Notes: generated from the letters alone by a model not told the origin. Positions 54,635-64,000 are shown, counted from the stretch's first letter. The stretch: DNA of 64,000 bases from Ruminococcus sp. (GCA_023667165.1 JAMPAO010000005.1:19-64018); one strand, 5' to 3'. Made by a program: numbers and translations.

Positions 54635-56953
54635 TTATTCTTTGCTTTCTGTAAACAGCTTTTCAATAAGCTCGTACAATGTTTCGCACTCTCCGCCGCT
54701 GTTGAAGTAATCGTAAGCAAGCTTCAAGCAGGCTGCCTTTGTAACGCCCCTGTTGGGGGAGAATGTTTTCGTATCGGGAAGATATCCTTTCGCCTTTGCT
54801 ATGGCAATGTAACCGCAGTATTTATTGTCCTCGGCAACGTCGCTGTAGGGCGCTTTGTATACTCCATCCAGCTCCGCCGCGCTTGCGCAGTCTGTGTAGA
54901 GATATACGTACCATTTGGCTATTTCCTTGCGGGTCAGCTTCTTCTCCAGTACGGGATTTGGGATCCGTACGCGTTCGCCGGTTTCCTTATTTTCCTCGTA
55001 AATGTAAGCGGAGTACGGGATAACGGGACTTCCCATTATAGCCTCGCACAGCTCGCCGAATTCCCCTATGCTGATCGCTTCGTCCGGGTGCAGCTCCTTT
55101 TCGTCCGATATGCGCACGGTGTATTCAAAGAGCTTTGTTATTTCCTTTTCGTACCTGTGACCCTTGATATCGCCGTAAAGCTGCTGCGACTCGGTCTGCT
55201 CCTGCGGCTTTTTCTTTGAATAATAAGGCTCGGCGCTGCTGTTTATTCTCTCTCCCGTAATGGCGTTGAGAATGTAACCGGTATCGAATTTGTAGGTAAG
55301 ATATACATGGGACTTTAGCTGAAGATCGGTAAATCCCGTATAATAGAGATTCGGCTTCATGTTTTCAAAGAGCTTATCGTAGGCTTCCTTTTCGGGAATA
55401 AGGTTGGCTGCGGGGAATTCCATATTCCTGTAGCTGTATGAGAATGCCGTGACTTCACCGTTTGAATCCACCGTGACATTTATTCTGTCAAAGGGGGCGG
55501 GCAGACCGTTTGCATATCTTGTAAATTCCACGCGCGCCGTGCGGCTGTCCTTGTTGATATCGGAAACATATGTTATTTTGTACTCCTTTGCCTTGTCCCC
55601 CATAAAATGCGCCGCCGCCGCTTCGGCTCTTGAACGGGCAAGCGCCTCCGTGGGAGGCTTTTGGGGATCGTTGGGACTTTCCTCGCCGTAACTGCGGTAC
55701 TTTGTGTAGCTGACTATCCTTCCGGTGTAGGCGTCCTGCTCTACATAGAGCTTTATATGGTCCTCCGTTTCCTTTTGGGAGCTGTATTCAAAGGTCGTCA
55801 CCCGTGAGGTCTGCCGCTGCATATCGTCGTCGGTGTAGCTGCTTATCTCGCCGGAGGCTTGTATCAGATTATCGTCGAATACAAGGAACTCATCGTCCTT
55901 GATGATCTTCAGCAGCTCATTATAGGAAAGATAGCCGTTTTCCTTTTCTATCGCATCCCATTCCGCGTCGCTGAGTTCATAGCCCTCTCCGTCTATCCCC
56001 TCATAGCTGTAAACATCTTCGCTATCATGGTCGTAATAGCCGTTCCAGTCGTAAACGTCGGTGTGGGAATACTTTTCTATGTCGTCGTAAATGGACGTGT
56101 ATTCGCCGGTAAGGGCGTCTATCTCGTTTTCGCCGCCCACGGAGGAGTAATATACGGGGATAGTGAAATCCTCACGTATGTATTCGTCCTTTTCCTTGTC
56201 GTAACGATCCTTGCTGAAAAGTCTGTACTCGGCTTCAAGCGGCTTTCTTGAGGCGTATATGTCCATGACCTGCTTTTCGGTGAGCCTTTTTGAGGCGTCG
56301 GGGAACTCCGCGTCGTTCCACCAGCTAAGCTCAAATTGCAGCAGTCTGCCCGTATCGGTATCGACAGTGACAGTACCGCCGTTTTCGCCAAGATATATCC
56401 CGTCGTTTCCGCGGCTGACCTCGTATGACGCTCTGTGGTAATACAGACTGTAGGGATAGCCGTTCGGGACGATCTCCGCGTCCCCCTTGAGGTTGGGATT
56501 GAGTTCGGCGAAATACTTTTTCGCCGCCTTTTCCCGCTCCTCCGCAGTCAGTTTTTCAAACCTCGGCTTATCGCTTTCTTCGTCGGTATAATCGTTATAC
56601 TCATAGTAGGTTATCAGCTTGTTTCCGTCGTTGTACCTTACGATAATTTCCTCCGCGTCGTAGGACTGTTCCTTGCCGTCGGAATCCTTATAAACGTCCG
56701 TTCTTGACCATGTAAAGGTAAAGAAATTCACTCCGTAATTATTGCTTACACGGTAATCGAACCCGTCAAAGTTTTTGGGGATATCCACCCTCTTTTTGAC
56801 CTCCGTCACCGCCCTTTTCAAGGCTGCCGCTTCGGCGTTTTCCGTTTTCACGTCCGCCGCCAGGACGGGAGCTCCCAATGTCTGCGGCAATGCGGACATC
56901 ACCAGACCGAAGAAGAGTAATCCCGATATAACGCGTTTTGATTTTCTTTTCAT
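54635..56953 (-). CDS. secreted cell-wall protein with C-terminal SLH-like repeats
   Basis: Signal peptide MKRKSKRVISGLLFFGLVMSALPQTLGAPVLAADV from ATG 56953. C-terminal SLH-like units (YGDIKGHRYEKEITKLFEY..., YSDVAEDNKYCGYIAIAKAKGYLPDTKTFSPNRGVTKAACLKLAY). Confidence 0.65.
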   Translation of the reverse strand: MKRKSKRVISGLLFFGLVMSALPQTLGAPVLAADVKTENAEAAALKRAVTEVKKRVDIPKNFDGFDYRVSNNYGVNFFTFTWSRTDVYKDSDGKEQSYDAEEIIVRYNDGNKLITYYEYNDYTDEESDKPRFEKLTAEEREKAAKKYFAELNPNLKGDAEIVPNGYPYSLYYHRASYEVSRGNDGIYLGENGGTVTVDTDTGRLLQFELSWWNDAEFPDASKRLTEKQVMDIYASRKPLEAEYRLFSKDRYDKEKDEYIREDFTIPVYYSSVGGENEIDALTGEYTSIYDDIEKYSHTDVYDWNGYYDHDSEDVYSYEGIDGEGYELSDAEWDAIEKENGYLSYNELLKIIKDDEFLVFDDNLIQASGEISSYTDDDMQRQTSRVTTFEYSSQKETEDHIKLYVEQDAYTGRIVSYTKYRSYGEESPNDPQKPPTEALARSRAEAAAAHFMGDKAKEYKITYVSDINKDSRTARVEFTRYANGLPAPFDRINVTVDSNGEVTAFSYSYRNMEFPAANLIPEKEAYDKLFENMKPNLYYTGFTDLQLKSHVYLTYKFDTGYILNAITGERINSSAEPYYSKKKPQEQTESQQLYGDIKGHRYEKEITKLFEYTVRISDEKELHPDEAISIGEFGELCEAIMGSPVIPYSAYIYEENKETGERVRIPNPVLEKKLTRKEIAKWYVYLYTDCASAAELDGVYKAPYSDVAEDNKYCGYIAIAKAKGYLPDTKTFSPNRGVTKAACLKLAYDYFNSGGECETLYELIEKLFTESKE

Positions 56954-57153
56954 AAATAAGCTGTCCTTTCCGTTTTTTTCAAGGCGGGATATATCCCTCC
57001 ATATATAATTTAAACAGCATAAAAAGGGAAAAATTTTCATTTGGCGGCAGAATTTACAGAAAATTCATATATTCGGCAGGCAAATATGCGGCATACCGAT
57101 CTCTGCCGGAAAGCACCGCGTAAATACCGCCGTGGCAATTTTGTTCAAACCCC

Positions 57154-57182
57154 TTGAAAATAAGAGGTATATGTGGTATAAT
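57154..57182 (+). promoter_or_regulatory. sigma-A promoter candidate for the 57221-60549 operon
   Basis: TTGAAA (57154-57159), 17-nt spacer, TGgTATAAT (TATAAT 57177-57182). Confidence 0.6.
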
Positions 57183-57220
57183 AATCAAATAGATAAAATG
57201 GAAAGGAAAGACCCTGTCAA

Positions 57221-57532
57221 ATGGAACATTCGCTTATTTTTCCCCTGCCCTTCTCATTTCATGTGGGCTTCGTTGTTTTCAGCGTCGTAATGCTGATACT
57301 TTGCTACAAAAAAAGAAAATATATGTACGAGCTTTATATGCTCATAGGCGTGGCGTCGACCATGCTCATTTATATCGCCGATACGAAGCCGGTGTTTTAT
57401 ATACTGGGACTGGAGGAGATAATACTTCTTGCCCTTACTGTCGCTGATATGATAAAGGTATCGAAAGCAAACAAGGCTGCGGAAAACGGGGATAAGCCGC
57501 CGGAAACCGATGATACGGAGGATATTGCGTGA
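57221..57532 (+). CDS. small hypothetical membrane protein
   Basis: 103 aa, three hydrophobic segments, acidic tail. Its stop overlaps the next start. Confidence 0.5.
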   Translation: MEHSLIFPLPFSFHVGFVVFSVVMLILCYKKRKYMYELYMLIGVASTMLIYIADTKPVFYILGLEEIILLALTVADMIKVSKANKAAENGDKPPETDDTEDIA

Positions 57533-58476
57533 AAATAGTTTTGCTTGAGGAAAAAACCGTTTCCATGGGGGACGTTTCCATGGACTGCTTTAAGGCGCTC
57601 GGAGATGTGACCGCGTATCCGCTGACCCCAAAGGATAAGGTTACGGAGTATATAGGCGGCGCGGAGGCTGTTATTGCCAATAAAACCGTTTTTACAAGGC
57701 GGATAATGGAAAGCTGTCCGAACCTGAAATACATCGGTCTGTGCGCTACGGGTTATAACAATGTGGATATAAAAGCCGCCGCGGAACTGGGGATAACCGT
57801 GTGCAATGTGCCCGCGTATTCCTCAAACGCCGTGGCGCAGCAGGTATTCTCCTATGTGCTGCACTTTGCAAGCCGCACCGCCGAATACAATGAGGACGTT
57901 CACGGCGGCGGCTGGATACGCTCGGATACGTTTTCCTATTTTACCATTCCCACATTCGAGCTTGCGGGACTTACCATGGGCATAATCGGCTACGGCAGCA
58001 TAGGCAAAAGGGTGGCGGATATCGCCCTCGCTTTCGGCATGAAAGTTCTGATCTCCACAAGAACGCCAAAGGAGGACGGCAGGGTAACGTTTACCGATAC
58101 CGATGGAGTTTTTGCAAATTCCGACTTCATAACGCTCCACTGCCCTCTTACGGAGCAAACGGAGAATTTGGTCAATGCGGACAGACTTAGACTGTGCAAA
58201 AAAAGCGCGTACATCATAAACACATCCAGGGGACCTGCGGTAAACGAAAAGGATCTGTGCCGCGCTCTTAACGATAACGTCATAGCGGGGGCGGCTGTGG
58301 ATGTTATCTCCAAAGAGCCTATGGAGGAGGACAATCCCCTTATGAAGGCAAAAAACTGCATAATCACCCCTCACGTGGCATGGGCGCCCAGACAGACAAG
58401 GGAAAGACTCGTAAAAGAGGCGGCGGAAAATCTCAAAGCGTTTATATCGGGAGCTTCCCGCAACAAGGTAAACTGA
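57529..58476 (+). CDS. D-isomer-specific 2-hydroxyacid dehydrogenase (glycerate dehydrogenase-like)
   Basis: GIIGYGSIGKRVADIA NAD motif, INTSRG, TPHVAW; 315 aa. Confidence 0.85.
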   Translation: MKIVLLEEKTVSMGDVSMDCFKALGDVTAYPLTPKDKVTEYIGGAEAVIANKTVFTRRIMESCPNLKYIGLCATGYNNVDIKAAAELGITVCNVPAYSSNAVAQQVFSYVLHFASRTAEYNEDVHGGGWIRSDTFSYFTIPTFELAGLTMGIIGYGSIGKRVADIALAFGMKVLISTRTPKEDGRVTFTDTDGVFANSDFITLHCPLTEQTENLVNADRLRLCKKSAYIINTSRGPAVNEKDLCRALNDNVIAGAAVDVISKEPMEEDNPLMKAKNCIITPHVAWAPRQTRERLVKEAAENLKAFISGASRNKVN

Positions 58477-58488
58477 AAGGAAAAAAAT

Positions 58489-59280
58489 ATGTTTGATATA
58501 AGTACAAAAAAAAGAATAGTGATCAAGGTGGGAACATCGACCCTTACCCATAAAACAGGCAGGCTGAATATCCGCAGAATGGAAAGGTTTGTAAAGACTC
58601 TTGCGGATATACAAAACAGCGGGCGCGAGCTGATACTTGTTTCCTCGGGAGCCATCGGTCTTGGAATGTCAAAGCTGGGACTTGCAAGCCGTCCCACAGA
58701 CACTCCCATGAAGCAGGCGTGCGCAGCGGTGGGACAGTGCGAGCTTATGTATATTTACGACAAGCTCTTCGGGGAATATAATCTGAACGTGGCGCAGATA
58801 CTGCTGACAAAATACGTTCTGGAATCGGTGCGGAAAAACAATGTTGAAAATACTTTCCTCAAGCTCATAGACCATAACGTTATCCCCATTGTCAACGAAA
58901 ACGACACTGTGGCTATAGACGAACTGGAGCTTGAATTCGGCGAAAACGATACCCTTGCGGCTCATGTGGGCATATTCTGCCATGCGGATCTTTTGATAAT
59001 ACTTTCCGACATCGACGGACTTTTTGACGGAGATCCGCGAAAAAATCCCGACGCAAGGCTGATACCCGCCGTTTACGAGATAGACGGCAGAATAAGAGGA
59101 CTGGCGGGGGACGCAGGCTCGGCTCTGGGCAGCGGCGGCATGATAACCAAGATAAACGCGGCGGAGATCGCCATGAGCCACGGCTTTGATATGGCTATAC
59201 TCAACGGCAGACGTCCCGATACGCTTTACGAGCTATTTGACGGAAAGCAGACGGGAACGGTATTTATCGCAAAAAAATAA
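58489..59280 (+). CDS. proB: glutamate 5-kinase (no PUA domain)
   Basis: RIVIKVGTSTLT, LVSSGAIGLG, PIVNENDTV; 263 aa. Confidence 0.92.
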   Translation: MFDISTKKRIVIKVGTSTLTHKTGRLNIRRMERFVKTLADIQNSGRELILVSSGAIGLGMSKLGLASRPTDTPMKQACAAVGQCELMYIYDKLFGEYNLNVAQILLTKYVLESVRKNNVENTFLKLIDHNVIPIVNENDTVAIDELELEFGENDTLAAHVGIFCHADLLIILSDIDGLFDGDPRKNPDARLIPAVYEIDGRIRGLAGDAGSALGSGGMITKINAAEIAMSHGFDMAILNGRRPDTLYELFDGKQTGTVFIAKK

Positions 59281-59298
59281 GATGGGAGATGTATTGCT

Positions 59299-60549
59299 AT
59301 GACTTATATCGAAACATTGGGAGCAAACGCGGCAAAGGCAAAAAAGGCGATCGCCAACGCCGATACAAGCCGTAAAAACAACGCACTTGCGGAGATAGCG
59401 AAGGGACTGAGAAGCAATAAGGACAAAATAACAGCCGCCAACGCTCTTGATATGAAAGCGGCACGGGACAACGGAATGTCACAGTCCCTTCAGGACAGGC
59501 TGATGCTAAACGACAGCAGGATAAACGCCATTGCCGACGCTGCCGAGGCGCTTATCGGACTGGAGGATCCCGTAGGAAAGATCGAAAGCGGCTCCGTTCG
59601 TCCCAACGGAATGAGGATCACCAAGGTGAGAGTTCCCATGGGAGTTATCGGCATGATATACGAGGCTCGGCCCAATGTTACCGCAGACGCCGCCTGCCTT
59701 TGCGTGAAAACGGGCAATGCTGTCATTCTCAGAGGCGGCAAGGAGGCTTACCATTCAAGCAAATGCATATGCGGCATAATGAGAGAGGCTGTTGAGAGAG
59801 CAGGTTTCCCCGCAGATATAATCCAGTTTGTGGACGACACCACAAGGGAAGTTACCACGGCGCTTATGAAATGCGGCAAATATCTCGATCTGCTTATCCC
59901 CAGAGGAGGAGCGGGACTTATAAAGGCGGTCAAGGAAAATTCCACAGTTCCCGTTATAGAAACAGGCACCGGCAACTGCCATGTTTACGCCGACGAGAGC
60001 GCGGATATTGAAAAGGCGGTAAATATCATCGACAACGGCAAGACCCAGCGCCCCTCGGTATGCAATGCCGTTGAAACGCTGCTTGTACACAGGAATATCG
60101 CCGAAAAGCTGCTGCCTGCGGTAAAGGCAAGGCTTGACGCGCATAACGTGGAGATACGCGGCTGCGATATTACCCGAAGAATACTCGGAGAGTGCGTTGT
60201 TCCCGCATCGGAGGATGACTATTACAGGGAGTTCGGCGACTATATCATTGCCGTAAGGGTCGTGGAGAACGTAGACGAGGCTATAGAGCATATCGGGAAG
60301 TATTCCACGGGACATTCCGAGTGCATAGTTACAAACGACCTTGAAAACGCGGAAAAATTCAAGGCTATGGTAGATTCAGCCTGTGTTTACGTAAACGTAT
60401 CCACAAGATTTACCGACGGAGAGATGTTCGGCTTCGGCGCGGAAATAGGCATATCCACCCAGAAGCTCCATGCGAGAGGACCTATGGGTCTTTACGAGCT
60501 TACATCCAACAAATACCTTATAGACGGAAACGGTCAGATAAGGGAATAG
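59299..60549 (+). CDS. proA: glutamate-5-semialdehyde dehydrogenase
   Basis: VIGMIYEARPNVT, NAVILRGGKEA, catalytic CNAVETLLVH; 416 aa. Confidence 0.92.
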   Translation: MTYIETLGANAAKAKKAIANADTSRKNNALAEIAKGLRSNKDKITAANALDMKAARDNGMSQSLQDRLMLNDSRINAIADAAEALIGLEDPVGKIESGSVRPNGMRITKVRVPMGVIGMIYEARPNVTADAACLCVKTGNAVILRGGKEAYHSSKCICGIMREAVERAGFPADIIQFVDDTTREVTTALMKCGKYLDLLIPRGGAGLIKAVKENSTVPVIETGTGNCHVYADESADIEKAVNIIDNGKTQRPSVCNAVETLLVHRNIAEKLLPAVKARLDAHNVEIRGCDITRRILGECVVPASEDDYYREFGDYIIAVRVVENVDEAIEHIGKYSTGHSECIVTNDLENAEKFKAMVDSACVYVNVSTRFTDGEMFGFGAEIGISTQKLHARGPMGLYELTSNKYLIDGNGQIRE

Positions 60550-60559
60550 GTGAAAAAGA

Positions 60560-61378
60560 ATGAAGAAAAGAACGGAAGGCGCAAAAATATCAAGATCCAA
60601 AAAAAGAGCCAACGACCTGAAAAACAGCGAGGTCATAAATATGCTCGACTCCGTTTACATGGAAGAAACAGCGGAGGAAACGGCGGATACGGGGATCGGG
60701 GACAAGGCGCGTACAAGGAATACATTTCACTTCTTTATAGGATTGTTCGTACTCGTTATGTCCGTCATAGGCGTCATATCCACAGTAAGCGCTGTTTCCG
60801 GTCTGGTAAGGCGGATAATCGACAATACCGACGAAAAGACCGAATTCGCCAGGTTTATATATCCCGTTGTGATATGCGATCCCCCCGCTTTCGACCAGAC
60901 CGCCATGCTCAAGAACGAAACTCTGATCTCCGCAGGGATATGGGATATAATCCTGTACGAGGACAAGGGCAAGTATGCGGCCGATTTCGATTATATCATA
61001 GTTCCGGAGGTGGACGTGGAGCAGCACGCGGCAAAGCTGTTCGGCACGGGACTGAGCTTTAACCATACCACAATATCCACTGCCGATTTTGCTTTTTATT
61101 ACGACGATGAGATAAACTCGTACCGCATTCCCGAAAATCCGAAATATTTTTCCTACTCTCCCTATGTGGAGGAGATAAAACAGGTGGGAGAGAGCTTTAC
61201 TCTTACGGTAGGGTACGTGTCCCCGACTCCCGCATGGCTGTCGCTTACGGGGGAGGACGCGCCTCTGCCGGAAAAATACGTGGATTACGTGGTGCAGAAG
61301 CGCGGTGAAAGCTACACTCTCGTATCTATAAGAAGCTCGGATAAAAAAGCCGTTTCGGAACACGAAAGCGGCTTGTAA
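60560..61378 (+). CDS. hypothetical membrane-anchored protein
   Basis: 272 aa. Basic N-terminus, one TM (FHFFIGLFVLVMSVIGVISTVSAV), AGGTGA RBS. No motif recognised. Confidence 0.5.
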   Translation: MKKRTEGAKISRSKKRANDLKNSEVINMLDSVYMEETAEETADTGIGDKARTRNTFHFFIGLFVLVMSVIGVISTVSAVSGLVRRIIDNTDEKTEFARFIYPVVICDPPAFDQTAMLKNETLISAGIWDIILYEDKGKYAADFDYIIVPEVDVEQHAAKLFGTGLSFNHTTISTADFAFYYDDEINSYRIPENPKYFSYSPYVEEIKQVGESFTLTVGYVSPTPAWLSLTGEDAPLPEKYVDYVVQKRGESYTLVSIRSSDKKAVSEHESGL

Positions 61379-61434
61379 CTGCGGCGACCGGTTAAGATAA
61401 GGCGGCGAAACCTTTGGAAAAGCTTTTGAAAACA

Positions 61435-62337
61435 ATGATCGAACACTTCGATCCCCCCGATATACGCAAATTTTATAAGCTGCACAGAGAGATCACCCAT
61501 CTGCTGGTGCACAGCTCGGTAAAGGCGGGCGACGGTCACTCGGATATGGAAATAACTGCGGCGGACGGCGGAAGAATACCCGTTAGGATATATTCGCCCG
61601 GACTTATCAGCAGCAGGAAAAGGATACTTATCTTCTTTCACGGCGGCGGCTGGGTGATAGACGATATAGACAGATATCACAAGGTATGCACTCAGCTTGC
61701 AGCTATAACCGGCAGCTACGTCGTGTCGGCTGATTACCGCCTTGCTCCGGAGAACAAATTTCCCGCCGGTCTGGACGACTGCTGCGAAACAATAAGGCAG
61801 GTTTTCCGTTATTCAAAAATCAGAGGGATATCTCCGAGGGATATCGTTCTTATAGGCGACAGCGCCGGAGCCAATCTGGCTGCCGCTGCGGCAAACAGAC
61901 TGCGGGACGAAAAGATCCTTCGGGTAAGCAGACAGATACTTATTTATCCCGTGACCGACTGCGAATTCGGAGAGGATTCCCCTTACAGCTCCATGCATGA
62001 AAACGCCAAGGGCTGCATACTTACGGCGGAGCGTATGAGAGGGTATCTGGAGCTTTATCTGAACGACATATCCGAAAAAAACGACCCTTACGCCGCACCC
62101 ATGAAAACAAAGAGCTTTTCCCAAATGCCGAATACGCTTATCATCACCGCCGAAAACGATCCTTTAAGGGACGAGGGCGAGGAGTACGGCAGACGTATTT
62201 TCAATGCGGGCGGAAACGCCATGGCGTTCAGAATAAAGGGGGCGTATCACGGATTTTTCGCCTCCGATCTGTACAGGCATCCTCACGCCCGCAAAGCGGT
62301 AAGCATGATAATGTATTTCCTGCGGCTGACGGATTGA
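61435..62337 (+). CDS. alpha/beta hydrolase (HSL-type esterase/lipase)
   Basis: HGGGW oxyanion motif and GDSAGAN nucleophile elbow. The start is ATG 61435 or TTG 61414. Confidence 0.8.
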   Translation: MIEHFDPPDIRKFYKLHREITHLLVHSSVKAGDGHSDMEITAADGGRIPVRIYSPGLISSRKRILIFFHGGGWVIDDIDRYHKVCTQLAAITGSYVVSADYRLAPENKFPAGLDDCCETIRQVFRYSKIRGISPRDIVLIGDSAGANLAAAAANRLRDEKILRVSRQILIYPVTDCEFGEDSPYSSMHENAKGCILTAERMRGYLELYLNDISEKNDPYAAPMKTKSFSQMPNTLIITAENDPLRDEGEEYGRRIFNAGGNAMAFRIKGAYHGFFASDLYRHPHARKAVSMIMYFLRLTD

Positions 62338-62422
62338 CGGCGGTACCCGGGAACGTGCCGCAGGCTTGATACCTGTTGCTTCTTACATCTTACCTTTATT
62401 ACATGAAAGAAGGTGTACAGTA

Positions 62423-63742
62423 TTGTCCAAAACCGATGCGAGAAAAAGACGTTCATGGAGCAGGCTTGACAACGCGGCAAAGATATTCCCGTCAACGGTG
62501 GAGAAGTCCGATACGAGGGTATTCAGATTTTCCTGCGAGCTGTGCGGGGATATCGACCCCGAAGTATTGAGCAAAGCCGCTCTGCACGCCGCGGAGAGCT
62601 ATCCCGGCTACAGCGTGATAATGAAAAAGGGATTTTTCTGGTATTATCTGGAGCAATGCGATTTAAAGCCGGAGGTAACGGAGGAAAGGCTGCCCGTATG
62701 CGGAGCAATTTATGAGGAGGATCGCCGAAGCCTGCTTTACAGGATATCCTACCTGCGCAACAGGATAAATTTAGAGGTGTTCCACGTGCTCAGCGACGGC
62801 ACGGGAGGAGTTATGTTCCTCAAAACCATAGTGTACCGTTATCTGATATATAAATATCCCGATAAATTCGGAGAATTTCCGCCCCTGCCCGACGACGGAG
62901 GATCCTTTTCCCAGAAAAGCTCCGACGGCTTCAGAAAATATTACGACAGGCACGCGGGGAAAACCTCTCCGAAAAAAACCAACGCCTTTCTGCTCAAGGG
63001 CGAGCGGATAGAGGACAACGGACTTCTTATCATCGAGGGTTTTGCCTCGGTAAAAAGCGTTCTGGAAGCCGCTCATAAATTTGACGCCACTCTGACCGTT
63101 TTCCTCACAGCTCTTTACATAAACGCCCTAAGCCTTGAAATGCCGCTGCGGAGCAGAAAAAAGCCTGTTGTTATAAATATCCCGGTCAATCTCAGACAAT
63201 ATTTTCCATCGCAGACGGCGAAAAACTTTTTCGGAATGATATCGGTAAGCTATGATTTTTCAAAGGAGAGCGGAGAGCTTTCGGATATCGTACAAAAGGT
63301 GGACGCCGATTTCAAAAGGCAGCTTACAAGGGAAAATCTGTCAATAAGAATGAACAGTCTTGCGGGACTGGAGCACAATCCATTTGTAATGCTCGCTCCT
63401 CTGCCGCTGAAAAATCAGGTCCTGAAAACAGTCCGTCATATAGGCGTCAGGAACGAAACGTCGGTAATATCCAATATCGGCAGGATAAAAATGCCTCCCG
63501 AATTTGACGAATATATAAAAAGATTTTCCGTATTTGTCAGCACCCAGAATATCCAGCTCAACATCTGTTCATTTAACGACGAGCTTCAGATGGGGTTTAC
63601 CTCAAGCTATGTTTCGGCTGACGTTCAGCGCAATTTTTTCAGATCCCTTACGGAGCTTGGCATAAATGTCACCGTAAGGAGCAGCGATTCGTACCGCGAT
63701 AAGGAGGAACAGCCATGCAGCACTGCGGAAAATGCGGAGTAG
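62423..63742 (+). CDS. condensation-domain/alcohol-acetyltransferase-like protein (HxxxDG)
   Basis: HVLSDG at nt 62783-62800. About 440 aa. Start uncertain (TTG 62423 with a GAAGGTG RBS, versus track start 62366). Confidence 0.55.
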   Translation: MSKTDARKRRSWSRLDNAAKIFPSTVEKSDTRVFRFSCELCGDIDPEVLSKAALHAAESYPGYSVIMKKGFFWYYLEQCDLKPEVTEERLPVCGAIYEEDRRSLLYRISYLRNRINLEVFHVLSDGTGGVMFLKTIVYRYLIYKYPDKFGEFPPLPDDGGSFSQKSSDGFRKYYDRHAGKTSPKKTNAFLLKGERIEDNGLLIIEGFASVKSVLEAAHKFDATLTVFLTALYINALSLEMPLRSRKKPVVINIPVNLRQYFPSQTAKNFFGMISVSYDFSKESGELSDIVQKVDADFKRQLTRENLSIRMNSLAGLEHNPFVMLAPLPLKNQVLKTVRHIGVRNETSVISNIGRIKMPPEFDEYIKRFSVFVSTQNIQLNICSFNDELQMGFTSSYVSADVQRNFFRSLTELGINVTVRSSDSYRDKEEQPCSTAENAE

Positions 63743-64000
63743 ACGTGGAGGGCGACAAGAAAATGTGCCCGCTTTGCCAGGGAGAGCTTACGGGCAGACC
63801 CGAGCCGGAGATGTTCCCGCCCCTGCCCGAGCCTCGATTCAAAAGCGGATTTCTGCGAAAGCTCATCAGTTTCATAGCCATATCCGCGCTGGTAATATGT
63901 CTGCTTACCGATTATATGCTGTCGGGCAGGCTCACCTGGTCGTTGATATCCGCGGCGGGGATAATATGCGCATGGCTTACCACATCGGTAGGGATAGCCT
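63715..64000 (+). CDS. zinc-ribbon + transmembrane protein (DUF6320-like), 3' end beyond the window; not in the ORF track
   Basis: AAGGAGG RBS at 63701-63707 and ATG 63715. MQHCGKCGVDVEGDKKMCPLCQGEL (CxxC..CxxC), then hydrophobic FIAISALVICLL. Open to the window end. Confidence 0.6.
   Translation, partial: MQHCGKCGVDVEGDKKMCPLCQGELTGRPEPEMFPPLPEPRFKSGFLRKLISFIAISALVICLLTDYMLSGRLTWSLISAAGIICAWLTTSVGIA

Noticed and set aside
58476-58489. T-box or other amino-acid leader upstream of proBA
   Set aside because: proB starts 12 nt after the dehydrogenase stop, so there is no room for a leader RNA. The operon promoter is at 57154.
60550-61062. ORF 60550..61062+ (170 aa), overlapping frame with 60560..61378
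   Set aside because: The translation is extremely Arg/Gly-rich and nonsensical. The +1 frame starting at 60560 gives a normal membrane-anchored protein with an RBS.
1-64000. Mobile elements, prophage parts, tRNA/rRNA genes
   Set aside because: No transposase, integrase or recombinase motifs appear in any long ORF. I noticed no terminal inverted repeats flanking the AT-rich blocks and no cloverleaf-like tRNA sequences in the intergenic regions. This negative comes from reading by eye; tRNAscan and ISfinder would be definitive.

Overview
This 64-kb chromosomal window looks like a Clostridia-class Firmicute: Gram-positive RBS usage, an SLH-domain wall protein, a four-subunit 2-oxoacid:ferredoxin oxidoreductase operon, yloV and proBA. 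No tRNA, rRNA, CRISPR array, transposase or integrase was seen.

**Layout**
- **1-6.5 kb:** the 3' part of an MmeI-like N6-adenine DNA methyltransferase, a GNAT, a 59-aa DUF4250 mini-protein, and an unusual two-gene module. That module pairs a GrpE-like protein with a 954-aa atypical Hsp70-fold ATPase.
- **6.7-45.2 kb:** one all-plus-strand, roughly 38-kb cell-envelope glycopolymer supercluster of compositionally different blocks.
  - (a) A rhamnan-like block dependent on an ABC transporter: an RgpB-like rhamnosyltransferase, a 1781-aa radical-SAM/SPASM + helical-repeat + GT2 + GT-B + GT-B fusion, ugd, rfbDBC, Wzm/Wzt, a TagF-like enzyme, and a split CDP-ribitol-synthase-like pair.
  - (b) An AT-rich block with a DUF2142 membrane protein, plus a GDP-sugar branch (gmd, fcl, cupin, aminotransferase, manC).
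  - (c) A Wzx-linked block that looks like a non-canonical ulosonic-acid pathway: two CMP-type cytidylyltransferases, DUF115 transferases, a DRE-TIM aldolase-DUF115 fusion, a TylF methyltransferase and a HAD phosphatase. No NeuB/KdsA-type synthase is present.
  - (d) Decoration genes: GT2 + DUF2304, an O-acyltransferase and an AsnB-like amidotransferase.
- **45.3-64 kb:** mostly housekeeping. It holds queF, the oxidoreductase operon, a P-loop ATPase, yloV, an FN3 protein, an MCP, an SLH protein, a hydroxyacid dehydrogenase, proBA, an esterase, and an HxxxDG acyltransferase-like gene paired with a zinc-ribbon membrane protein.

**Best leads**
- the radical-SAM/glycosyltransferase megaprotein, with a perfect 42-bp in-frame tandem repeat;
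- the aldolase-based ulosonate-like subcluster;
- three simple-sequence tracts (G9, G10, (AT)9) inside glycan-decoration genes;
- the GrpE-like/Hsp70-like pair.

All functional calls come from motif recognition by eye. No database search was run.
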